NCBI GenBank assembly: GCA_016748015.1
Contig: JAAOMT010000697.1
Span: 380,868 to 444,867, forward strand
DNA from: Geosiphon pyriformis uo1
Lineage: Eukaryota; Fungi; Glomeromycota
Length of the DNA stretch: 64,000 nucleotides
Direction of reading: 5' to 3'
The notes beneath the pieces were generated by a model, which had not been told where the DNA came from, did no database searches, and saw nothing but the letters and a program-made list of their open reading frames with translations. Shown piece after piece: positions 40,733-54,500 of the stretch (position 1 is its first letter; every line of letters begins with the position of its first letter). Made by a program: the position numbers and the translations under genes.

Positions 40733-43700
40733 ATGGCTTTCTACCCGCCTCCTACTCCACCAACTCCTTCCCCAGTTGTCTATAAAAATTTTTCGTTAAG
40801 CAAGGCAAAACCGCTAGTTCTTTCGGGCAGTACCGTTGATCAAGATGTATACAACCGTTTTAGCAGGTCGTATTCTCTTTCTCAAATATATATTATACTT
40901 TTTGCGTCTAACACGCGAAGAGTAAAAAACTATAGTTTACGTTGCAACCTACAATCTGGGACTCACGCCGAAGAGCCCAAACATTTTACCTTTCGTTCGC
41001 TTCGGGGCAAGTAGATCTCTACAAACGATTCGGGATACTTTGTTAGCAGGTGACGGACAATGCCCACCAGAGGTGATGTCGAAGGTGTTACATGATCACC
41101 TCCATTATCTCGAGCAATGCCTAGATGTTTATGATAACAAAAGATTAAAGGCTCCCGAAAAAGAAAAGCCAATAGCTGGTGTTGAGACCTCAACCCTACT
41201 TGAAAATCCAAACGAATTGAGTGATTATCTGGATTTGGATAAAGATGAGTCCATTCACCTTGTTGACAGCTTTAAAGCTGAACATAAACAATGGGCGGAA
41301 TTAGATAATGAACAACTCAAGTGCGACATAATCATGCATTATTTTGATGAACGGCTCTCTATCCTCCAAATTGTGTGTCAATTGTTCCGGCTCTGTAGCA
41401 ATGAAGAGTCAATCTATTATGATGTGGCTAAAGAAATTGTCGAGAGATTTCGATGGGACTCTTTTGCCGATCGGATATATCAACAACTAAAGAGTCATCT
41501 TACTCGTGGCATTCCAGCTACATTTAAAACTTTGGATCCACAGATCTGGACCATACAATCACTGCGAGAGCAAAATGGGTGCTTGGAAATCTTGTTTCTG
41601 ATATATTTCACCGATCGTCCTTGTTCGCCCAAACGTATCTTTGAATTTCTTAAACATTTCAGCCAAACTAAATTTGGCTTGGACCAACCTACCCAATTTG
41701 TCTTTGATAATAATATGGCAAACGAGCTTTTGATTCACCTCAATCATCTAGCACAAATTTTTATGATTACAATTCTTCGGGAGCCAGACTTCAATATTTC
41801 AGCTTTGATTGAAGCTCCTAAAGAAACTAGGTTACTTCAATCACCATCTACCATAATGGAAATTAACGAACTAGCCTTAGACATGAATGAAGACCTTTCC
41901 CACGGGATTTTTTTTTTAAGCTGGTCTTCTTATTTGCAACATTTGCAACAATTATTTGAGGAGCTTGAGGTTCCGGAAGCATACGGAGATGTTGAAAGCA
42001 TTTTGACCGACTCATCTCTCACTCATGGTAATAAGGCTTTGGCATCGAATGCATTTGCCTATATTTTGGAACTTTTCAAGGGTCCGTGTCTTCAACCTGA
42101 TAATGCAAACTTCAGCGGTTATACGGCTTCGATAAGAGATTTATTTATATCAATCCTGGAAGCCTTTGACCCTTGGTTGTTACCTATCCGAAGTTATGAA
42201 ATGTTTGTAGAGGCATTTGCAGAACTTCATCGAATGGGTGACGGCTATTCGACTTTATTTTGGCTTGAATATCAACATAAATCACGTTCAAGTCTACTTT
42301 TGGAAACCGTCCGAAGCAGATTCCCTCAACAGTTTCGTCCTTTCATGCAACTTATGACAGCTTTGTCTTCCGAAGAGGAGTCGACATTGAATACATTTTA
42401 CTACCTTCAATCTATGAACACTTGTACCACATCTTTCCCCTCTGATCCACAATCTATTTCCCCGGAAGAAAATGGTCAAGTTCAAGCACTCAAACCAATT
42501 GAACTATTTGGGAAAGATTTTAACGAAAAACCTTTCGTGATACCCCCCGGAGCTATTGGAGATCTCGGTTCAAAACCAGATGGGAGTCAAATAATACGGT
42601 GGCAATTTGAATATTCTGCCTGGCATCTTTTTGCTGCAATGCTCGAATCATTTTCCCAATCGACCATTCGAACTTTTCCCGACGATTTCTTGTTGTCTCG
42701 TGACACCAAGATTTCAATGATCTTTGATATTTTGAACTTCATGAAAGCCTCGTTGAAGAACAATATCAGTATTCCAGTGTATTTAGAAGCACATTTGAAA
42801 TCTCTTGGGAGTTTCGATTGCTTGAACATACTCTATAAAGTTCTACTTTACATATCAAACGTCATCCCCGCACCAATCGATATGATCGGCGCTTGCCTGG
42901 AGTGCTTTAGTGTTTTCGTGCGTGATCATCCACATGATACTTATTATTATTTCTCATCAACCAAATTAATATCAAGAGAACCTACATTTGAACAGCCCCT
43001 ACACCGATTTCATTCAGATGGTCATTTGCAATATCTGCTGATGAATTTTGAATGTGCTGCGGGAAGATATCCTGTAACAATTGCCTTTATGAATTTTATC
43101 ATTGAAATAATTTCAAAGGCTCATCAATTCCCCATTGAGGATAATCAGGATTTAGAGAAAATGCAGACTGATATCCTTAATTACTGTATATCATACATAG
43201 CTTCATCGATTTTTATGTTTCACGATAAATGGCGTTATGTAAACATTGAAGATCGGTACCTAATTACTGCTAAAGCTTTGGAAATATTCAATCGGGTAAT
43301 AATAAGATCACCTTATCCTACCGAAATTCCAAAATTCAATGATCCCATTCTAGATCCTGGTCACAATTCCATTGGAACCATTCAAAAAGCTCTTACCTCT
43401 AGATTCCTATACGACGGAGGCTTACACCAAATTGTCCCGTTGTTATCAATAATTGAGCGAGGCAAAGAACTTATCAAAAGTTATGAAAGAATTGGTAGTT
43501 TTCGTATTATGGAAGAGGTTAAACGTACCCTGGAATTGGCATTGGTTTTCATCTCCCGATTACTCAAGATTCGAAAGATTTCTAATGACTCAGTTTCATT
43601 ACTGGAACACACTCTTATGGAGAAAACAGGAGGGGGAAATGAAAATCAAGGATACATATATATAATCGCCTCGTATATTAAGACCTCTTGGAATATTGAA

Positions 43701-46682
43701 GTTCCTACGGTGGCGACAGAAATTTTAACATTACTCATGATTGCCGCCGTCGAGCTGAACCCACAGTTGCCGCCACTTTGGGGCTATTTTGGCAATAAAA
43801 GCGAGGCAAAAGACTTGGAAAAAATATTCATCAATTGCTTAAAAAGTAAAGGCGCGATTCTGTTGCAGCGTGCTATCCTAAATTTCCTAGCCTTGTCTGC
43901 TGATTCTCATGCTGGGTTGTTCGTTGCCGATGATGAGGCCCTCACAATTTCAATAGACCTTAAAGGAAAGGGCAAAGCAAACGAAACGACAAAATCACCA
44001 GCAACAGAGACATCGTCAAATAATACTAAAAAAACGGCCCAAACAGATAGTTCCACGTCTAATACTTTTACAAAATCAGAACATTCGGATTCTATTGTAC
44101 GGATAGTTTTAGATATGGTTAAAGATTGGGAGAGCATCCAAAAATCGACTCCTATTCTTTTATTGGGCGCTTTATCTTTTCTTAACTCTATTTGGAAAAA
44201 CGGCCTATTTTATAATGCTCTGTGGAGTCAATTGCGAAAGGATGGCAAATTTTGGGCATCTCTTTCTGGGATTCTTTTTTCAAATCTGAAAATACCTTTG
44301 GAAAAATGGTCTGGATTTTCCCCCGCTGCTGATCGTTTTGTAAGCAACATAAACGATAGTGTTCAACAAGCATATTTTCATATTTCTATCAAAGCTTATA
44401 TTTTCACCATAATTAGTCAAGAAATCAATTTGAGTTTCCAAGCTTTGACAGAGGAAAAAGATCCTGGCAAAACCAAAAATTCTATAGAGGCATTACCATC
44501 CATAGGGCTCCAGATAATTTTGGCTAATATCAAAGATAATAACAGATTATCTTTATGGTTAGAAAATTTTACGCAAATCGACTATGATCCAGAAGTTGAC
44601 AAACGTTGCCTCGAAATCACAGATGTTATTCCAACCTTTAGAATTGAAGAGTTACGTGTTTTGAATTGGCATGAAGACTTTGACATAACACGAAAATATG
44701 GTGACGATTATCTATATGATATTGCTGTTACATACAAGTTATCATCAGCAATGGGCGTTGAAGAAGGCCATTTACATGACATTCTGACTCGGTTATGTCA
44801 AAGCAGTCATAATTGGTCTCGAACCGACGCTCAGGTTGTGCTGTTTAGATCATGGAAAGAATTTTTAGAGGTTTCATGTGATCAGCTAGGCAACATCTTT
44901 TGGGATTCCAAAACCAACAAAGAAATCAAATGGGATACCATGGAACGTCTCACTGAATTAATTGCATATGAAAAGAGAGTGGGCCTTGTAATTAGAACGA
45001 TTCGTAATGATATGGCTTCTTTATTATTATCTTTATTGGAACATTCCCCTGTTGCCAATCAACACGATGGAAATATTCGTTATGTCCAATTGGTAATAAA
45101 CTTGTTCAAAGCAATTACGAATGATGTTGATTCGGTAGAAGAATCAATTAGAGGCAAAATCAAGCCAGCTTTTCATAGACCGCTTTTGCACTCACTTTTA
45201 TTTTGTCTTCATGGGATTGTCAATAGCACGAAAGGCTCTCTTCCGAAAAATAGCAATGTTTTTTGGGAGTTTCGAGACACTTGTCACCGATTACTCTCGA
45301 GAATATCTACTATCCTTAACACGTACGATTTGAAAAAATTAGATGAAGAAGATGTTTTTATAATGATCGCAATGCTGGAACGGTTGATTCATCCGAATTG
45401 CATTCCAGATAATAAAACCTGGGTTCCGATCATTGAACATTGCAACATAATCCCAATGTTACTCAATATATTTGTAAATTCGGTCTCGCTTCCACGGAAG
45501 GATCGACCAAAGTATGCGGAAGCTAATATTAACATGTTTTTATTGCTCGCAAAGTATTCTCTCTCAGCGAGTAAACTTGAATTCCACGGAATTATTTCTG
45601 TGTTTCTCAACCACTCCTTATCATCCACACTACGCGATGGCCTACTGCGACCAGAAATCTCCAGTGATCAACATGAAATCTGGTGTTTCATGTTGGCTGT
45701 CGTTACAAGGATGCTATCCACTATTGGTCATAACGAAAAGTTTTTACGAAGTGTCGTGGGATTCATCAATTTTTATGGAAAGCAAATACAAAAAGCTTTG
45801 ACATGTGAGGCTCCCATTACCATGGGACTTTTAGAAGAGGTGGAACGTACAACAATGTTATTTTATCAACTCTCATTGCATATTAAACCCGATGGAACAA
45901 TTGATCTCACCGAAGCCGCTCCATATTATGAAAATTGCCTTAAGTTGTTATCAAAGGTTAATCATCTTTTTACACATCCCAAAACGGCCTCAAAAATTAT
46001 TGTACCTTGGAGTCGAGAGGAAAAACAATTGGCGGAACAATCATTTACCAAGGAAATATACACCGCTATTGAGAACATTGATGCTAGCTCGGATGAGAAA
46101 GAGATGAATCTATTTTTACAACGAGCACAACAGAAACTTTTCTCAATTGCTCGTAATATTCTTGCCACTTGTGTGGTCTTGACTCAAGCTGAGGACATTT
46201 TAGCCAATTCATCGATAGCCACCCTCGATCCTCTTTTAACCTTTGATTCCTCCTCGAAATCGGGGGAAAAAATACCGGCCACAATACAAACCTTATTAGA
46301 ATTAGCTGGTTACGGATTTACCCTTTTGAAATTATGGAAAGAATGCATCACGCTCAAAGAGAGTGCTGATTTAGCTTCATGGCGCGTTATATGGAAGAAA
46401 ACCCCGATATTTCTCGAAACTATATTTGTGTTAATCGTAACTCAACTTGTTTTAGCTACGAATATTGCAACTGACGACAGCGCCATACAAGATATCATGC
46501 TACAAGCTGCGGATGTGAAGCGCCATTTAACACGAGTTGCAGATATTATAAAAGAATTAAAAGATAAACAAGGGAATGCAACTCCAGCAGGGACTGAATT
46601 AAAATCGCTCGACATCGTGTTACGAGGCTTGGATAGATTTATGAGCGCGCAACTTCCTAATGGGCGAATGTTAATTGGGTGA
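40733..46682 (+). CDS. NUP188: Large alpha-solenoid nucleoporin, Nup188 family; exon 1 40733-40794, exon 2 41015-46682
   Basis: About 1910 aa; YFDERLSILQIV, WTIQSLREQ..LEILFLIY, SRFP..FRPF, ECAAGRYPVTIAF, RKYGDDYLYD, NWSRTDAQ..SW, LLEEVERTTMLFYQL fit Nup188. Exon 1 joins in phase as YKNFS/SLQTIRDTLL; an alternative start at 40845 is possible. Confidence 0.85.
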
Positions 46683-47416
46683 TCCAATCTAATTTCTGAA
46701 ATTAGAGTACAAAAATGGCGTAGCCATTCCTGAATCTTTAATTGAATGCAAAAACCTTGTAATGTTAGACATCAAGTTGCTTAATTTGCTTTAAATATTG
46801 TAAAAAGATTTAAGAACATATGATTTGAACTGATTCGTTGCAAAAGGTCCAAAGATATTTGAATTTTATAAAATTTTTTTGTTAAATTCATTTTTTTAAA
46901 TGAATATAATTGACATTACTTAAGTAATTTGTTTGTTATTTACATAAATGCAATTTATGTATAATTAAATATTTATGCTAATGATAAAAATAATATTTAT
47001 CAAAAACTGATTACATTAATTGTAAAACAAAATTATTATAAAAATATAATACACATGTAAAAAATATGTATTACATAAATTTAAGTTATTATTATATAAT
47101 AATTGGTCACGTGTTGAAATTGCATGATTGTCAAAATATTATATTACAATATGTTAAAATGTTATTTTAATTAGAAAATTATATTTATCAAAAATTTTTT
47201 TTTTTATGTATTATATATTTTTTTAAATGCTTTGAGATTTGTGTATTCATGCATAATAAAATAGAGATATTGTTTCACAAACCATGCACTTTTTACACGT
47301 GGCTAGCCACCAACAATCTAAACTAGATCTAACTCTATATTATCATTACCTAACAAACAATCATTATTATACAATTGTCATGTGCGATTGTATCACTGTT
47401 TTTGAAATGCTAACAA

Positions 47417-48741
47417 ATGGGTGAGGTGACAAAAACATTAAAGGCGGAATCCAAAGTATCAAACAAGGATCAACTTGACGCTAGATTTTGTAGCTGCGCT
47501 CATTTAATATTACAAGAGGATTGGGAGGTGAGAACTTGACGCAACCAATAACTGGGAACGGTCTTTTAAAAGAATAATTTATATGAGTCTTAAATTTATT
47601 TTTTGGATTTTAACAGGATCATCAAATAGTTTGTTCAAACCGACGATACAAATGTCCGGGTTATTTAGGGTATTTAAGTTTTCAAAAACGACAAGGAAAC
47701 TGGGATTATTCTTTAAAGACTGTGGATAGTAATTGTCCAACATCGTTAAAGGAATTGGCAAAATTAAAAATTTTACAAAAGTATGTTTTACTTTCATATT
47801 CAAACTAAGGATTTGTCTTTGAAAATTAATTAATTCTTTGCAATGGATTATTTTTCAGTTTAGATGGTGACCTAGAATCATTAAACACCAACGTTCTTCC
47901 AATGTCCATAGTTTATACTTTACATGCCGAATGTCCGACATTTTCTAGCTACAATGATTTTTTGAGTCATTTATCGAAAGGATGCCCGTATTTAAAGGTA
48001 AAATGTTTGATAAAATCTCAATTTTATAAACCGTGGACCGAGTATCTGGATGGGAATTGGCAATTACATACAAGTGATTCTTTTGAGCGTGTTGGTTTAT
48101 CCCGATGGAATTTTACAATGATTGATACACATAAAATGGTAATTTTTTAATTACATTGATAATTTGGTTCATAAATGCATATTTTTTTATTTATAACAAT
48201 CTAATGATACATTTACCGAAAGTCTCATGACACCATCAGTCATAGATCTCCGCCTATCCCTTTTCTCTATCCACTCTTTTGTCCTTACTGTTCGCATTAT
48301 TTTCCGGAAAACACTACGATTCATCTATGCTCAAACAACTCGACATCTCCTGCATTTGATGACGAAATCCTTTGTTTCTCTTGTAAAAAGCCACTCGAGA
48401 ATCCCCGAAAGTTTAGTCGACATCAGTTGGAGAATAATTGTAAATATTGTAATATTCCTCAATTACCTAGTCCAAGAACACCTATTTCTGATTTGTCAGT
48501 GCTGTGTATGTTATGTAAAAACATATTAGAAAAACCAAGAAATGATGGTGGAATATTGGTAGAAAATAATTGCCCTTGTAGCAATGGTAACTTAGAGGAA
48601 GGATCAGCGATTCTACTACCTTTTTTCTTTACTATTCCCTTATTAACCTCATATAAGGAACAAGGGATAATTAGTCCGGCAGTTTCATGGAGAAAACTTA
48701 AAAGTGATTCGAAAATCTCCCAAACCAGATTTAATAATTGA
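47417..48741 (+). CDS. Uncharacterised Cys/His-rich protein with TRAF-like zinc fingers and a SOCS/BC-box-like motif, 4 exons
   Basis: Exons about 47417-47527, 47617-47780, 47859-48138 and 48222-48741 splice in frame; PTSLKELAKLKILQNL..LPMSIVYTL; repeated CxxC. Confidence 0.6.
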
Positions 48742-48917
48742 GGAATAAAGATGATATATCTTGGTAAATAACCAAAAACAGAATTTTTAAATAAACCCTT
48801 GGAGGTCACATGAATTTGAAAATATTAGTGCTGCTGACCCTGTGATTAAAGCTAGCTAGATAAATAAATATTCCATTTTCAGAATTTAATCTTTTGCTTC
48901 TCTTTTTTGCATAAAAT

Positions 48918-48932
48918 ATGACACCCTGGACC

Positions 48933-48964
<32 letters not shown>

Positions 48965-49930
48965 GCGAGGATATGTCAACAAAACAAAGCGAAGTAGTAA
49001 TAGTAACAGGGTACAGGTACCAAGTTATTAACATGTTACAATTGTAAAGTTCGCTCGTCAACATTCACTTTTAGCTGCGTGTTTAAATTCTTCTTTGTAA
49101 TTATAAACTAAAATTTCTTATTTTTTATTTAGAAGCCCTCTTCTAAAGTAGATAAAACCTCACAGCGAATCCAGCACTACTCTCAAAAAAACCAATCCCT
49201 TGCTAAAGTTGCGAAAAAGCGAACCTTTAACCATGCTAACCCCCAGGATAGTATGAGTAGTCGTGGTAAAGATCATTCCAAATCAAATTCTTTCTCGGAA
49301 AAGCGAGGGATTGAAAAAATTGACACACAACAACAAAACCTCAACAATGAATATATTCATTTGGTTGAATCAGCTTCATCATCATTTGTCACGAACAATG
49401 ATGAAATAAGAAAATTAAAAAGTGAACCTGAGACTTTGCAACCATCACCATCATCGGTACGAAAAAAGCTTGATGTCCTGAAACGTGGCCATAATTATGT
49501 CACAGATGTTGTTGATATGCATAAGATTATTGCCGCGCTAAATGATAAAGAAGACGCGACAATTGAAAGAAAATTAGAAAGATCTCGTTATTTCTTTCCT
49601 CAAGGAAACCCCAATGAAGAAAAATCTATTGATGGAAATAATATTGAACAAGTGAGCCCTAAGGACCAGAGAAAACAACTTCCAAAAACCCAAAATAAAT
49701 TGGAAAAATCAATATTGGCGCGTAAAGAAATGATTAATAAGGTCAAAAGTCAAATTATAAATAAGAAAAAAGAAAAGCAGAAAAAAAGAAAGCAAGCACG
49801 ACATCAAAGCAAAGAAACACAAAATGCGGATCACTTGAGCAATCATGGTCTGGAAGTTGAAACAAATCTTCACGCTAATCAGTCTTCCAATTATGTCACG
49901 TCGCAAAAACGCGTTACCTTCAAAGTTTGA
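48918..49930 (+). CDS. Hypothetical low-complexity Asn/Lys-rich protein, 2 exons
   Basis: MTPWT-polyN exon splices in phase 0 (donor 49011 or 49017, acceptor 49132) to the frame containing ORF 49253-49930. Confidence 0.5.
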
Positions 49931-50210
49931 ATGTAGATTACGAAATTTGAGAGAGCTGGAAATAGAGCTGTGTGCATCTATACAAATCAATTACTACCTC
50001 AAGGAAAACAGTCTTGAATTTCTTAGATCATTGTATTGTTACGGGCAGCGTTGTGACAATCTCATAGAAGGTAACTTAGGAGTTTAATAATAAGAACGAT
50101 ATTTTTTTTCAGTCTGACAATTGAATAAAAGATTATTCTAATTCCTACTCCCACAGAATTTATCTAATTACTTTTATGATCAGCCGTGATGAGTAAATGA
50201 AGTATTTTTT

Positions 50211-50945
50211 TTAATCTGCTTTCTTTATGATTGTTGTATCATCCGTGTTCCAATAATAGATCATCTGCAAGGCTAAGACAGAATTGAAAACTGTTGCAAG
50301 GAGGAAGCCAGTCAGAATGATTGAATCATCCACCTCTGTGATAGTAGTAAATATACGGGCCAAGGATCCTAATGTATACCCAAAAACAGCGAAAGCTGAC
50401 AATTGCCCTGTACTTCCATTCGTATAATTTTTTATAATTTGTGGAATTTTGGAAGTTAAAGAAATTGGTATAGTGAGAGTTTGTAAGAAAGCCAATATTC
50501 TATCATTAATAATGGATGGAGATCCAAGTGCAAAAGTGATCGCAAAGATTGCAAATCCTGTAAGAAGAAAATTTGAACGGCCACGATAATTGAGAATTAA
50601 GAATAAAAGTATAACATTTTGAATGGTCAAGAAAAAGTTCTCCCCATATGTGCTGAACGGGTTTCCTTGTCGGATGTTATATGCCAAGCCAACCGAGTAT
50701 GCAAAGGTTTCCAATGCGTAACTCTCAAAACTGAGCCCTCTAGCTGAACCGCTCATAATGATTTTCAAAACTTGCGGGAGCTTAACTAGTGAACCACCCA
50801 CAACAATTCCAATTCCAAGAGCTTTAGAGAATAAGAGCTTGATACAGGCAGTGTCCCCGAGATCAAACTCTTCAACTAATTGACTATAGCATTTTTCGCC
50901 TATGAGAGCAACTGCAGGGTTTTTGATGAAAGATGGTAAAAGCAT
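50211..50945 (-). CDS. MPDU1: Mannose-P-dolichol utilization defect 1 protein (PQ-loop), intronless
   Basis: SKALGIGIVVGGSLVKLPQVLKI, PFSTYGE, SKIPQI..NGSTGQLSAF, GSLARIFTT. Confidence 0.93.
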   Translation of the reverse strand: MLLPSFIKNPAVALIGEKCYSQLVEEFDLGDTACIKLLFSKALGIGIVVGGSLVKLPQVLKIIMSGSARGLSFESYALETFAYSVGLAYNIRQGNPFSTYGENFFLTIQNVILLFLILNYRGRSNFLLTGFAIFAITFALGSPSIINDRILAFLQTLTIPISLTSKIPQIIKNYTNGSTGQLSAFAVFGYTLGSLARIFTTITEVDDSIILTGFLLATVFNSVLALQMIYYWNTDDTTIIKKAD

Positions 50946-51564
50946 TTTGGAAAACCGGATTTTACTTTTCAAAAAGTGAATTGAAGCTATTAACCAGTTT
51001 TTTGCTAAAACTGGTAATTTTGAATTTCATTTATATCGTGTGATCCCAAATTCTGAATAATGCCTTGTATTTAACATTCAAAGAATGGAAAAAAATATCA
51101 ATAATAAATTGAAATTGAAATTGAAATTTTTTTTTATTGCTTTGATAAAATAATTACATCTAAATTTAAAGTAAAAACGTTTGCACTATGATTTTAAAAT
51201 TATTGATATTAATAAATTCAATTTTATTTTAAAATATTTAAAACCTTTTAATTGTAAAAATAAATTTTCTCAAAATACTGTTTTTCTACATTTTCAAAAA
51301 CAAAAATGTGCTTAATTATAATGTTGGGTATCAACATCTAAATTATTGAAAACTTTAATCAAAGAAAGTATAATTCAGAGTTTTATTACATGGTATATTA
51401 TTACATTCAAACCAAAAAATCAAATCAAAATCGAGTTATTGAACACTGATGAGGCAGAAATTTGGTGGTTATAATTCGTTCACAGGGTTGAGATTCAAGG
51501 TCGGAACTAGAAAATTACTTACTAACGAAATATGATCATAAGAAGCACTACTTCATCAGCCCTC

Positions 51565-54500
51565 TCACGGTGAAATTCTTCTTTTTTTTGTTACTACAGT
51601 TGTCTCTGGTGCAACGGCCAAAATCCGATTTGAAGATCGGGTTTTTCTTTCGGTGAAAGTGCTGCTAGACCTACTAATTCGTGATTTTTGCTTTTTTGTC
51701 TCACCTAAGAAAGCGGCGTTTCCAACCATTAAATATAATCATTTTAAAGATTGGTAAGACTTTAGCTTTATAACGAATTAAATGATGAAATCACATTATG
51801 TATTGCCTTACCTTGTGTTTTTTGCCTTTTCGAGGCAGTCGTAGTTGGTGTAGTCGAGATTTTTTCGTGTTCGGAAACAGCCGGGAGAGAATGATTAGAT
51901 GAAGAGGATCCAGAGGCTGTTATTCCTTTTTCTTCTAAATATAGAGGGTAATAAAAGTAATAAAGCATTATAAATACAAGGAATATTTATTTTTGAACGA
52001 AGTTGTTGAGGGTGTTGAATTTTCGTTTTTGGAAAGAATCAGATATTGATGAATCCGATTTTGCTTGGATTTTCAATTATGGGAATTCCATCCAAAACAT
52101 GTAATAGTATTAAAAAATACTGACTTGGTTTAATCTTTTTTGCGGCTGCTGTTGCCTTTTTGATCGTCTCTTCTTGATCCTCCCCACGAGATTTTAGCTC
52201 TGCGATTTTTGATTCTAACTCATCAATAATCGGTTTCATTTCGGGCTTTTGAAGTTTTTGCGATCTTGCCTAGAATTTGAGAAAGGTGAATTACAGTTCA
52301 ACAATTTGGAATTATGCTCTGTTTAAAGGTTTTCATGATTTATAAAATTGAAACAACCTTGCTGACAATCTCGACAAAATATTTATAAACAGCTTCTTCG
52401 TGAAGTTTATCTTGATAATGAGGCATCCCTTCGACCAATTTCTTAAAACTCTTCTCACTTTTGTAGGGTAGTAGCGACAAGCAAAATGCAATGTCCCTCC
52501 ATTGCCGTTCATCGTCCAAGTTCTTAAATCGTTGACAAAGCTTTTCGACAACATTTTCAGTTTGCTTGTCCTAAAGATTAGGGCAAAATTCAGCATACAT
52601 TTATAATTTAAATTTTAAAGAATACAGAAGTTCCAAGACCAACCTTTTCGATGAAGTCAAATAAGAACTTCATTATTCGCTTAAAAGATTCCTCATTTAC
52701 GGCATTGTCTCCGCTAGAAAGGTTACTTACTATATCTGGCAAATTATTATATACGGCGTTATCCTTTGAGGCAAGCTCCGTAAAAAACAATCTGGCAAGA
52801 TCACTAATTCTTTGTTCGGGGTCTTCTAGGCATTTGGCCATCTTGCAATTGGGAAAATTTTGAAAAAATATGAATACAGCCCCTTTTTAACTTAAATTTC
52901 GAAATTCGGATAAGAGTTTCGCTTACTTCTCCAAGCTGCCCTTTAACCTTTATCATTCCATTTAAGATCAAGTGCGTTAATACCATTAAAGTGTTCTTCT
53001 TTACCATATTGTCAGGGTCGGCAAGACGTTTATAAAGATAGTTGATGTTGTCATCGATAATATTATTGAAGCAAACAGTCATATCACCGAGTGCAATGAT
53101 GATATTGCTTCGAATGGTTGGTTCCGTAGTTTTTTCAAGAATAGTAAATAAAAGGGGCAAATTATTTTCGCAAAACTCGGAGCTGACACACATGAACTTT
53201 GAGAGTGCTAGGGTGGCTGCAATTTGTAATGTCCGATCCTGATTTAAGCTCAATTAGTATCCATCAAGATATTTTCCGGAAAATTTTTAACATGATTTCT
53301 CTACCTTATAAGATTTATTGTTCGCACATATGTGAATTACCATTGAGCCAAAAACTGGCAGCAAAGAATCTGGTGCGAAAAGTAATTCTTTCTCACGAAT
53401 ATGAGCAACCGCTTCACCAAACTCATCTTCCGCTGTACCGACTACTTGATCTAATTCATCATCCCCAGTTATTTTTGCTGCGGATTTTTCTTTGTCTATA
53501 TTTTGAGAGTTGGTGTGATGAACAATAGAATATGAGTAACAATCAATAGTATCATAGAGTGGTTTAAAAAAATAGATGATTTCAAAATGCCTTTCGAGTA
53601 AGCCTCGGATCTTTTCCTTTTCCACTCTGCTTCAATGACTTCCAGGTGAACAATCTGTTTGATTGCAACATGTCCTGCAATAAACAAGAGCTGACTCAAA
53701 TGAACTGGATGAGTCATAGATGTTTCTTGATTGTTTGAAATAAATTCTTCGTTTTCCATTTCGGTTTCTTCTTTAGATAGTCCGTTCAAATCAAAAACCA
53801 AAGCTGTCTTTCGTTTTATAATTTCTCCACAAAGAACATCAGGATGCTTTCCGAGAAGATATATAGTATTAATGGCTTGCTCAGCAACTACAAACCTAGC
53901 GCACAGACGATAAAGAAATTTCAGATTTTAAGTCAAAGTAATCATATTATTTAATAAATAATTTACCATTCATGACATTTGGTTGGGAATTCAATTATTT
54001 CTTGCAATCGATGAAATATCGGATTAATCATTGGCAATCGTATAGTTTCATTTTTTAAGGAACCTGAAAAAGAGCATCACATGAAAGGGGAATACACCAT
54101 TTTTAGTAATAAGAGTTAAAAGCTGCAGATTGAAAAACAGTTAGGTAAAATACGTGCCTTTAACCTTTGTCTTGCTTCCGGCAAGACGTTGTAATGCAAT
54201 GCATGTGTATCTTGCAAGAACCAAATCTGCCTGGAGAAGATAAAAGTTAAAGATTTGAGTATACAATTTAGAGTTAGATTGCTGAATTTAACTTTAATAC
54301 GCACCTTACCCAAGGGTCCAAGCCCAATTTTGAGGAGCAAATCAATCTTTTCAGAAACAATTTCCATTTTGGCTTTAGCAAGCATTCCCAAAATAATGAT
54401 TGCACCTCTCCTTTGAACTTTGGAAACATTTCGTGCAGTGGCTGATGACATTGAGCAAAAGATTAATTGAATTTTAAGAAAGGAGTAATGATGAAAACAA

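Noticed and set aside
41559-46687. Antisense and alternative-frame ORFs within NUP188 (also GFA1 and TYS1)
   Set aside because: Shadows of the real coding frame with no independent homology.
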